DNA from: Armatimonadota bacterium
Lineage (GTDB): Bacteria; Armatimonadota; UBA5829; DTLH01
Length of the DNA: 64,000 nucleotides
Direction of reading: 5' to 3'
Assembly (NCBI GenBank): GCA_039679675.1
Contig: JBDKUN010000033.1
Location: 1-64,000, forward strand
Shown in pieces: positions 29,856-37,862 of this stretch. Under the pieces are notes generated by a model. The model saw nothing but the letters and a program-made list of their open reading frames with translations. It searched no databases and had not been told where the DNA came from. Position numbers and translations under genes: made by a program. How positions within the stretch are numbered: the stretch's first letter is position 1; each line of letters begins with the position of its first letter.

Positions 29856-30302
29856 ATGAAAGTCATATTGAAACAGGACATTAAAGCTGTAGGCAAGATG
29901 GATGACGTGGTGAATGTTACTCCCGGATATGCCAGGAATTATCTTTTTCCGAGGAGCCTGGCGGTAGAAGCGACCGATCAGAACCTCACAGCGTTGAAGC
30001 GAAAACACGATGCAATCGAGAAAAAAGGCGAGAAGCTGGTGGCGGAGTGCCGCGAGATCGCAGATAATCTTACGGGAAAGAAGATCACTATCACAGCAAA
30101 AGCAGGTGCGGGATCGAAACTCTATGGCTCAATCACTTCTCAGGATATAGCGGATGCCGTGAAGTCCCAGACCGGCATGGAACTGGACAAGCGGAAGATT
30201 AACGTTGCCGATCCGATAAAAACAGCCGGAACCCACAGCATACCCGTCCGGCTTCATAAAGAAGTAGGGTTCGAACTCTCCGTGGAGGTAGTGACTGAAT
30301 AA
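29856..30302 (+). CDS. rplI: 50S ribosomal protein L9
   Basis: MKVILKQDIKAVGKMDDVVNVTPGYARNYLFP matches L9. Confidence 0.85.
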   Translation: MKVILKQDIKAVGKMDDVVNVTPGYARNYLFPRSLAVEATDQNLTALKRKHDAIEKKGEKLVAECREIADNLTGKKITITAKAGAGSKLYGSITSQDIADAVKSQTGMELDKRKINVADPIKTAGTHSIPVRLHKEVGFELSVEVVTE

Positions 30303-30355
30303 AAGGGAATAAGGGATAGTAAAAGCTGATCCCTGGTCGTGTGGTCACTTACGAG

Positions 30356-30399
30356 TGTAGTGGCCGGGCTCTGTCCCGGCCAGAGGCATCAAAGATGCC
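30356..30399 (+). repeat. REP-like hairpin repeat family A copy A2 (between rplI and dnaB)
   Basis: tgtagtggccgggctctgtcccggcca + second hairpin GGCATCaaaGATGCC. Confidence 0.65.
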
Positions 30400-30454
30400 T
30401 TGCTACACAAAATATCGTGCACCACACCCGCTAGACCTTCCCTTTGGCAAAACC

Positions 30455-31870
30455 ATGGAACGTTTGTCTGCATTAGAACGTGTGCCACCACAAAATATCG
30501 AGGCGGAGCAGTCGACTTTAGGGTCGATGATGCTCGACCGTGCGGCTATTGAGAAGGCTGCCGAGATCCTGAGGGATATCGACTTCTACAGGCCGAGCCA
30601 CGGCATCATATTCGATGCTATGTGCTCGCTCAGCGAGCGGGACGAGCCGGTAGACCTCATTACCCTGCAGGAAGAGCTGAGAAACAGGAACAAGCTGGAG
30701 GAGGTCGGCGGCACAGAATACCTGATGGCGCTTCTTTCGCAGGTGCCGTCCGCATCGCGGGTCGAGTACTATGCAAGGATAGTCGAACAGAAGTCGATAC
30801 TTCGAAGGCTTCTTGCCGCGTCGGCTGAAATAACAGGCATGGTGCATCAGGAAGCCGATGATGTCGACGCCATAACGGACAAAGCCGAACAACTTATCTT
30901 CCAGGTGGCACAGCGGCGGCTTGGACAGTATTTTTCGCCGATTGCGCCTGTCGTTATGGAGGCATGGGACAGGCTGAACGCGCAGTGGGAGCAGGGGAGC
31001 ATCATTTCCGGGCTTGAGACTGGGTTCAGGGACCTCGATCTTATGACTTCGGGGCTCCAGAACGGCGATATGATCATTGTAGCAGCCCGGCCTTCCATGG
31101 GAAAGACATCTTTCGCGCTCGATATAGCGAGCCACGTAGCTATACGTCAAAAACTGCCTGTTGCCCTCTTCAGTATAGAAATGTCGAAAGAGCAGCTAGC
31201 CTTGAGACTCCTTTCGTCACACGCTCAGGTCGAGTCCCAGCGGCTTCGCGCGGGGTTTGTGCATGACGATGAGATCAACAAGGTCTCAAGAGCCGCAAAC
31301 GAGCTTTTCCAGGCTCCGATATTCATAGACGACTCGACGGACATATCCCCGATGGGCATGAGAACGAAGTGCAGGAGACTGAAAGCCGAGCAAGGCGGCC
31401 TATCTCTTGTTGTGGTCGACTACCTGCAGCTTCTCAAATGGCACAGGCAAATAGATAACCGCGTGCAGGAGATTTCGGAGATTGCGCGGGCGCTCAAAAG
31501 CCTCGCAAGAGAGCTTAAAGTCCCGGTGATTGCGCTTTCTCAGTTGTCCAGACGCGTTGAGCAGAGGGATGACAAGCGGCCGATACTCTCGGACCTCAGA
31601 GAAAGCGGTTCCATCGAAGCTGAAGCCGACCTCGTTATGATGCTTTACAGGCCTAAATACTACGAGCGCAAGGAAATGGTCGATGCTGAGGAGACCGTTG
31701 GCCTGGATTCAGCCACAGGCAAGGTAAAGAAGCACGATCTCGGCGTGGAAGACACGGAAGAGGCTGAAGTCATCATCGGCAAACAGCGAAATGGCCCTAC
31801 AGGTACGATCAAGATGGGTTTTCTGAGCCACTACGCGCATTTTGTGGATATAGAGAAATTTCGAGATTAG
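30455..31870 (+). CDS. dnaB: Replicative DNA helicase DnaB
   Basis: N-term PPQNIEAEQSTLGSMML; Walker A GKTSFAL; start set at MERLSALE (ORF-track start 30341 lies in repeat A2). Confidence 0.85.
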   Translation: MERLSALERVPPQNIEAEQSTLGSMMLDRAAIEKAAEILRDIDFYRPSHGIIFDAMCSLSERDEPVDLITLQEELRNRNKLEEVGGTEYLMALLSQVPSASRVEYYARIVEQKSILRRLLAASAEITGMVHQEADDVDAITDKAEQLIFQVAQRRLGQYFSPIAPVVMEAWDRLNAQWEQGSIISGLETGFRDLDLMTSGLQNGDMIIVAARPSMGKTSFALDIASHVAIRQKLPVALFSIEMSKEQLALRLLSSHAQVESQRLRAGFVHDDEINKVSRAANELFQAPIFIDDSTDISPMGMRTKCRRLKAEQGGLSLVVVDYLQLLKWHRQIDNRVQEISEIARALKSLARELKVPVIALSQLSRRVEQRDDKRPILSDLRESGSIEAEADLVMMLYRPKYYERKEMVDAEETVGLDSATGKVKKHDLGVEDTEEAEVIIGKQRNGPTGTIKMGFLSHYAHFVDIEKFRD

Positions 31871-31882
31871 CAAGGAGTCTTT

Positions 31883-33172
31883 ATGCGTCAAAACAACCTG
31901 AACGTCCTGGTTATCGGAAGCGGCGGCAGAGAACATGCCCTGGTATGGAAAATAGCGAAAAGCCCGCGCGTCGACAAGGTCTTTTGCGCGCCTGGGAATG
32001 CCGGGACTGCTGCGATTGGTGAGAATCTTCCAATAAAACCTACAGAATTCGACCGGCTGATAGAGGTCTCAAAGGAAAAGAAGATCGATCTTGTTGTAGT
32101 CGGCCCGGAGACTCCGCTTATTGCGGGAATAGTAGATGCGTTCAGTGCTACAGGCATACCCGTGTTTGGCCCGACCAGGCTTGGCGCGCAGCTTGAAGGC
32201 AGCAAAGTCTTTACAAAAGAGCTTCTCCTTGAGAACAACATCCCTACAGGTGGTTTTGCTGCGTTCGACGATCCTGAAAAGGCAATTGCAGATGTTAAAA
32301 AGCATTTCGCAGGTGAGAGTAAGCCGATAGTCATAAAGGCAGACGGTGAAGCCGCTGGAAAAGGCGTGATCATCGCAAATACCGAGGCTGAGGCTCTTGA
32401 TGCGGTCGATATGATTATGGTCAAGAAGGCATTCGGGGCGTCAGGCAATAAGATCATCATCGAAGAGTTTCTGGAAGGCCAGGAAGCGTCCATTATGGCT
32501 TTTGTAAGCGGCGGCGCAGTTCAGGGTATGCTTCCGGCGCAGGACTACAAGCGGGCGCAGGATAGCGACAAAGGGCCGAACACCGGCGGAATGGGGTGTT
32601 ATTCGTGCGTTCCAGCCGTTACTCCTGAGATTTATGATACTGTGATCGAGAAGATAATCCGCCCGACGATCAAAGGGCTTGCCGCGAAGGGGATCGATTA
32701 CTGCGGGGTGCTCTACGCCGGTGTAATATTGACCGCTGATGGCCCCAAACTTCTTGAGTACAACTGCCGGTTAGGTGATCCCGAAACAGAGGTCGTGCTG
32801 CCGCTTCTTGAGACTGATCTGGTGGACATTATCGAGGCGGCAATCGAGCACCGACTCGACGGAATCGAGATAAAATGGTACAATAAAAAGGCAGTATGCG
32901 TGGTTCTGGCCTCAAAAGGTTACCCGGGAAGTTACGATACAGGATTTCCGATCAGCGGCATTGCAAATGCCGAGTCTATCGGGGCGATTGTTTTCCATGC
33001 CGGAACAAAACTTGTCGATGGCCGGGTGGTGACATCCGGCGGTCGGGTGCTCGGCGTCACGGCAACAGGCGGGACGTTTCGGGATGCGGTCGCTGCTGCG
33101 TACGAGGCAGTCGAAAAGATCAGCTTCGAAGGAATGACATATCGCAAGGATATTGGAGCGAGGGTTCTCTAG
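31883..33172 (+). CDS. purD: Phosphoribosylamine--glycine ligase
   Basis: MRQNNLNVLVIGSGGREHALVWKIAKSP.. canonical PurD. Confidence 0.9.
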   Translation: MRQNNLNVLVIGSGGREHALVWKIAKSPRVDKVFCAPGNAGTAAIGENLPIKPTEFDRLIEVSKEKKIDLVVVGPETPLIAGIVDAFSATGIPVFGPTRLGAQLEGSKVFTKELLLENNIPTGGFAAFDDPEKAIADVKKHFAGESKPIVIKADGEAAGKGVIIANTEAEALDAVDMIMVKKAFGASGNKIIIEEFLEGQEASIMAFVSGGAVQGMLPAQDYKRAQDSDKGPNTGGMGCYSCVPAVTPEIYDTVIEKIIRPTIKGLAAKGIDYCGVLYAGVILTADGPKLLEYNCRLGDPETEVVLPLLETDLVDIIEAAIEHRLDGIEIKWYNKKAVCVVLASKGYPGSYDTGFPISGIANAESIGAIVFHAGTKLVDGRVVTSGGRVLGVTATGGTFRDAVAAAYEAVEKISFEGMTYRKDIGARVL

Positions 33173-33631
33173 GTGCATAAGGTAGCAGTATTAATGGGCA
33201 GTAAATCGGACATGCAGGTTATGCAGCCTGCAGCGGACGTGCTCATTCAGAAGTTTGGTATTGAGAGCGAAATACATGTAATCTCCGCGCACAGGACACC
33301 TCACAAAGTTGCTGAATTTGCTTCAAATGCTGCCGCTAACGGATTTGATGTGATAATCGCCGGAGCAGGGATGGCAGCTCACCTCGCAGGTGTGCTCGCC
33401 GCGTTTACCCCGCTTCCGGTCATTGGTGTTCCGATCAAAAGTGCATCTTTCGAAGGAATGGACGCACTTTTGTCGATGGTCCAGATGCCGTCCGGCGTGC
33501 CGGTCGCAACGGTTGCTGTAAACGGTGCAAAAAACGCAGGAATTCTGGCTGCGCAGATCATTGGAGTCGGCGACCCAGAGGTTAGGAAGAAAATCGAGGA
33601 TTACAAGCGAACGTTGGCGGAAGCTAAGTAG
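33173..33631 (+). CDS. purE: N5-carboxyaminoimidazole ribonucleotide mutase (GTG start)
   Basis: KVAVLMGSKSDMQVM..AHRTPHK..IIAGAGMAAHLAG canonical PurE. Confidence 0.85.
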   Translation: MHKVAVLMGSKSDMQVMQPAADVLIQKFGIESEIHVISAHRTPHKVAEFASNAAANGFDVIIAGAGMAAHLAGVLAAFTPLPVIGVPIKSASFEGMDALLSMVQMPSGVPVATVAVNGAKNAGILAAQIIGVGDPEVRKKIEDYKRTLAEAK

Positions 33632-33638
33632 GTGATCC

Positions 33639-35159
33639 ATGCCCGGTCGGTCTCGTTGGCTAGATTATCTTTTTATATTGGTTGTGGCTGGGGCATTGAT
33701 CTATCAGCTATTTGTGCCTCCTATCATTGGCTTGGCCAATAGCGGCGATTTTGAGAGGCTGATGAGGACCATCGGGCTGAGCTACCAGACAGATAATTGC
33801 TACGACAAGTATAATCTATTCGTAAACCGGGAGTTCATGTGGGACAGCAAATTTGATCCAAGCTATCCGACGTCAGAGCTACTCTTCCTAGGTGGAGGAT
33901 CACTGCTCAACGGTGCGGTGTCCAGTGACGATACATTTGACATTCGTGGACTTGGCTTGGTTCATGCTATCACGTTCCTGCTGGTTACAGCGCTACTGGT
34001 TCTGTATGCGAGATCGCTGACTGCTTGGCGGAGGCTGTTGCTGTACGCGCTTGTGGCATTCATTTTTACTGATATTGGGTACGTTGCGTATTTTAACTCG
34101 CTCTATTCGGAGCCGTCGTCGCTTATATTTTTCTGTGCTGCCGTTGTATTCGCGCTGGCTGGAATAGCGAAAGGGCAGTCGAACGACCGTGGCTGGCTTT
34201 TCATAATAGGCTACTTTGCGGCCTCTGCACTGTTCGTGACGGCGAAGTTCCAGAATGCGTTTCTTGGGTTTCCGATGGCGTTCTTTGGCTGGCGGCTCTA
34301 CGGGATGGTTACTCCAGCAAGCAAAAGGCTTATGCCGCGGTTTCGATGGCTTGGTGTCGGGCTTGTAATTCTGCTCACGCTTGCTTCGGCCGGGTTCTAT
34401 GGGCTTTACACAGAGCTTTCTGCTCACGCCAGGCCCGCAAATCTATATGATACCGTGTTTGAGGAGATTCTGGGACACTCGAAGACTCCTGAAGCAGACG
34501 CGGCAGCTTTGGGATTGCCCGTGTCGCTTGCCAAGTATGCTGGTACATCAGCTTACTCGACGGATGTCCCTGCGGAAGTGAAATCGGAGATTGTTTCCAG
34601 AGTGGGTTACACTAACGTAATAAAGTTTTATTTAACCCATCCTGGGCGGCTGTGGAACTTGGCTGGGCGCAGCGCAGCGAGTTCACTTTCCATGCGCCCG
34701 AGCTATTTGGGGAATTTGGAACCATCGGCTGTTGACCAAGATAAGCTGGCAGGTCAGCAGATAAATCCGTCGGCCCTGCCGGATGATTTTCGAAGCCGCA
34801 AGTTCTCCGCATGGAGTACGATTAAGAAAAACTGTGTTCCGAAGACGCTGTGGTTCCTTGGCTTGTTCCTTGGCGTGAATGTTGCGACTGTTGTTCTAAA
34901 ATGGAGATATTTCGATAAGATGGTAAAGGATTATAAGATCAGTGAGTTGCACGCTGTGCTGATTCTGATGGCGGTGTTGCAGTTCTTCATCGTTATAATC
35001 GGTGAAGGTGAGCACGAAATAGTGAAGCATCTTTTCCTCTTTAACCTGTTGAGCGAGATATGCTTTATCTTTCTCATAATGTATATGGTGAGCGGCGTCG
35101 CCTATCTGTGGCAGCGAAAGACGATGCGCCCACGGCAATTGGTGATTCAGAATGATTGA
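33639..35159 (+). CDS. Uncharacterised polytopic membrane protein (506 aa) embedded in pur operon
   Basis: Many hydrophobic helices; 8-nt gap after purE and 8-nt overlap with purB indicate co-transcription/translational coupling. Confidence 0.5.
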   Translation: MPGRSRWLDYLFILVVAGALIYQLFVPPIIGLANSGDFERLMRTIGLSYQTDNCYDKYNLFVNREFMWDSKFDPSYPTSELLFLGGGSLLNGAVSSDDTFDIRGLGLVHAITFLLVTALLVLYARSLTAWRRLLLYALVAFIFTDIGYVAYFNSLYSEPSSLIFFCAAVVFALAGIAKGQSNDRGWLFIIGYFAASALFVTAKFQNAFLGFPMAFFGWRLYGMVTPASKRLMPRFRWLGVGLVILLTLASAGFYGLYTELSAHARPANLYDTVFEEILGHSKTPEADAAALGLPVSLAKYAGTSAYSTDVPAEVKSEIVSRVGYTNVIKFYLTHPGRLWNLAGRSAASSLSMRPSYLGNLEPSAVDQDKLAGQQINPSALPDDFRSRKFSAWSTIKKNCVPKTLWFLGLFLGVNVATVVLKWRYFDKMVKDYKISELHAVLILMAVLQFFIVIIGEGEHEIVKHLFLFNLLSEICFIFLIMYMVSGVAYLWQRKTMRPRQLVIQND

Positions 35160-36444
35160 TAGATATTCTCTCCCGAAAATGAGAGCCGTCTGGAGCGAGG
35201 AGAACAAGTTCCGGACATGGCTCGATGTCGAAATAGCCGTATGTGAGGCACAAGAGCACTTCGGCAATATCCCCAAAGGGACTTCCGAGAAGGTGAAAGC
35301 CGGTGCGAAGTTCTCCGTAGAACGGATCGAGAAAATTGAGCAGGAAACGCATCATGACCTGATAGCGTTCGTCAAAGCCGTCACGGAAAACCTCGGAGAC
35401 GAAGGAAAATATGTCCACTATGGAGTGACAAGTTACGATATAGAGGACACGGCGATGGCTATAAGGATACGGCAGTCAGCCGACCTGATTTTGGAAGACC
35501 TCGAAGCCCTTAAGACAGTCATCGGCAAGCTCGCGAGAGAGCATAAGTCGACAGTGATGATCGGAAGGACGCATGGAGTCCACGCCGAGCCGATCACTTT
35601 CGGTTTTAAGATGGCTGTATGGTATTCCCAGATAATGCGCGACATCGAGCGGGTCAAAGCAGCGAGAGAAGCGATCAGCTACGGCAAAATTTCCGGCGCA
35701 GTAGGGATATTCGGGAATATCGACCCCAAGATCGAAGCATTTGTATGTGAGAGGTTGGGGCTCAAGGTAGCGCCCGTATCTACGCAGATCATCCAGCGCG
35801 ACAGGCATGCGCAGTTTATGACAGCACTTGGGATAGCTGCATCATCCGCAGAGAACTTCGCAACCGAGATGAGGAACCTCCAGCGGACTGAGATACTCGA
35901 AGTCCAGGAAATGTTCCTTCCGGGACAGCGTGGATCGTCCGCAATGCCGCACAAGAGGAACCCATGGCGGTTCGAGACGATTGTCGGGCTTGCTAGAGTA
36001 GTCCGCACGAACGTCATCCCAGCTATGGAGAACGTAACCTCCTGGCATGAGCGCGATAACACCAACTCAGCCTGCGAGCGGATTATTATCCCTGATAGCT
36101 GCCAGGCAACAGATTTTCTCCTTCAGTCCCTCACCAAGCTGATGACCCGGCTTGAGATCAACACTGAAAATATGCAGAAGAACCTCACGAAGATGGGCCA
36201 GCTTGTTTTCTCCGAGCACGTGCTCCTTGCTCTTGTAAAGAAGGGCATGACGAGGGAAGAAGGCTACAAGGTCTGCCAGAGAAACGCCGCAAAGTGCTGG
36301 GACGAAGGAGTATCTTTCAGGCAGGCGCTTGAGAAGGACGAAGACGTAAAGCGGCTGCTTTCAGACGAAGAACTCGCAAAGTGCTTCGACCTGGAGCACC
36401 ACCTGCGAAACGTCGAGACGATTTTGGAGAGATTAGGGATTTAG
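35152..36444 (+). CDS. purB: Adenylosuccinate lyase
   Basis: MIDRYSLPKMRAVWSEENKFRTWLDVE.. and SSAMPHKRNP signature. Confidence 0.9.
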   Translation: MIDRYSLPKMRAVWSEENKFRTWLDVEIAVCEAQEHFGNIPKGTSEKVKAGAKFSVERIEKIEQETHHDLIAFVKAVTENLGDEGKYVHYGVTSYDIEDTAMAIRIRQSADLILEDLEALKTVIGKLAREHKSTVMIGRTHGVHAEPITFGFKMAVWYSQIMRDIERVKAAREAISYGKISGAVGIFGNIDPKIEAFVCERLGLKVAPVSTQIIQRDRHAQFMTALGIAASSAENFATEMRNLQRTEILEVQEMFLPGQRGSSAMPHKRNPWRFETIVGLARVVRTNVIPAMENVTSWHERDNTNSACERIIIPDSCQATDFLLQSLTKLMTRLEINTENMQKNLTKMGQLVFSEHVLLALVKKGMTREEGYKVCQRNAAKCWDEGVSFRQALEKDEDVKRLLSDEELAKCFDLEHHLRNVETILERLGI

Positions 36445-36474
36445 CTTTTAATCACGAAAGCACGAAATAAGAAA

Positions 36475-36520
36475 TGTAGTGGCCGGTCTCCGTGCCGGCC
36501 ATCGACCTCGTAGAGGTCGG
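36475..36520 (+). repeat. REP-like hairpin repeat family A copy A3
   Basis: tgtagtggccggtctccgtgccggccatc + hairpin GACCTCgtagGAGGTC. Confidence 0.65.
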
Positions 36521-36529
36521 ACATGAAAA

Positions 36530-36660
36530 TAGCTATCAGCAATCAGCCGTCAGCTATCAGTAAATATGTCACTCTGAGTAACCAATACGACACCCTGAAC
36601 TTGATTCAGGGTCCATTCTTTTCCTGGATTCCGAGTCAAGCTCGGAATGACGTGGTGAAT
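36530..36660 (-). repeat. MITE-like repeat family D copy D3 (full length, inverted orientation)
   Basis: Reverse complement aligns to 41690-41845 across core (..gagcttgactcggaatccaggaaaagaatggaccctgaatcaagttcagggtg..) and 3' tail (tcagagtgacat..tgacggctga..agctgatagctat). Confidence 0.7.
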
Positions 36661-36854
36661 TAGTGGAGACTTGTGCTGTTTGCTTTTTAGTAATGGTGCT
36701 TCAAATTGATATGTTTTGTTGCATCGGACTGCTTGCTGCCGATGCGGGCCGGTAGGCCCGAAAAACAATGAGACGGCATATGTTGTTTCTCGACACCTGC
36801 GGTGTCGGCTTCGGTAGCAAGCGAACCGAAGCAAATTAAACGCGAAATAGGAAT

Positions 36855-36900
36855 TAGTGGAGACTCATGCTTCGGGACGAAAAGCGGTTCCGAAGCATAA
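36855..36900 (+). repeat. Repeat family E copy E2 (aattagtggagactca-TGCTTCGGGACGAaaagcGGTTCCGAAGCA)
   Basis: Near-identical to 41636-41680; a truncated 5' copy aattagtggagacttgtgct at 36658-36683. Confidence 0.65.
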
Positions 36901-36933
36901 TGATAGTGCAAGAAAAACAAAGCGAGGAGCCGA

Positions 36934-37176
36934 ATGGCAAAGGTAAAAGTCTACGTAACGTTAAAGCCGACCCTTCTGGATGCACAGGGCCGCGTGGTTA
37001 TGACCGCGCTTGAGAACCTGGGGCATACAAACATCGAAAACGTGAGGATTGGCAAGTATATCGAGGTCGAGGTTGCCGATAACGGCCGGAATATCAACGA
37101 GCAGATGGATGAAATCTGCCGTAATCTGCTCTCCAACCCGGTTATCGAGAACTACCGCTATGAGGTGACGGAGTGA
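36934..37176 (+). CDS. purS: FGAM synthase subunit PurS
   Basis: 80-aa [19 protein letters not shown].. canonical PurS. Confidence 0.85.
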   Translation: MAKVKVYVTLKPTLLDAQGRVVMTALENLGHTNIENVRIGKYIEVEVADNGRNINEQMDEICRNLLSNPVIENYRYEVTE

Positions 37177-37862
37177 AATTCGGTGTAGTAGTCTTCCCAG
37201 GCTCGAACTGCGACCAGGATGCATACTACGCCGTCCGCGACGTCCTGAAGCAGCCTGTGGAGTATATATGGCATCAGGATAAAGACCTGAAAGGCTCCGA
37301 TTGTATCATCCTGCCGGGCGGGTTCTCTTATGGTGACTACCTTAGAACAGGCGCTGTAGCCCGGTTTTCCCCGGTCATGGAAGCTGTGCAGGAGCATGCG
37401 GCAAAGGGCGGCTATATCATCGGGATATGTAACGGCTTCCAGATCCTCTGCGAGGCACATCTTCTTCCGGGCGCGCTTGTATCGAACACTGGACTCAAGT
37501 TCATATGCAAGTATGTTAATCTTCAACCCGAAAACTTGAACACTCCGTGGACGAATAAATGCAATGAAGGCCAGGCGCTCCGTATCCCAATCGCCCACCA
37601 GGGCGGCAACTACACCTGCGACCCAGAGACTCTTCAGCGAATAGAAGACAATGGGCAGGTTATCCTCCGCTATTGCGATGAGCGAGGAGTCGTATCACCT
37701 GAAGTGAACCCGAACGGTTCGTTGAACAATATCGCAGGGATAACCAACGAACAGGGTAACGTCGCTGGGATGATGCCGCATCCTGAGAGAGCGGTCGAGA
37801 AGATTCTCGGTAGCGACGACGGTTTAGCAATTTTAAGATCTGTTATTGAGTGGGCTGGATAA
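37173..37862 (+). CDS. purQ: FGAM synthase glutaminase subunit PurQ
   Basis: [16 protein letters not shown].. catalytic Cys in GICNGFQ; triad His/Glu MPHPER. Confidence 0.9.
   Translation: MKFGVVVFPGSNCDQDAYYAVRDVLKQPVEYIWHQDKDLKGSDCIILPGGFSYGDYLRTGAVARFSPVMEAVQEHAAKGGYIIGICNGFQILCEAHLLPGALVSNTGLKFICKYVNLQPENLNTPWTNKCNEGQALRIPIAHQGGNYTCDPETLQRIEDNGQVILRYCDERGVVSPEVNPNGSLNNIAGITNEQGNVAGMMPHPERAVEKILGSDDGLAILRSVIEWAG

Noticed and set aside
30518-31150. 210-aa minus-strand ORF
   Set aside because: Antisense within dnaB.
31888-32493. 201-aa minus-strand ORF
   Set aside because: Antisense within purD; low-complexity Ala/Ser/Pro translation typical of antisense frames.
36445-36933. Possible purine or ZTP riboswitch upstream of purS
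   Set aside because: No purine-riboswitch (..GGAUAUGGC../..UUUCUACC..) or ZTP (GGGUCGUGAC..CCGCCUGGGCA) consensus found; region is explained by dispersed repeats.
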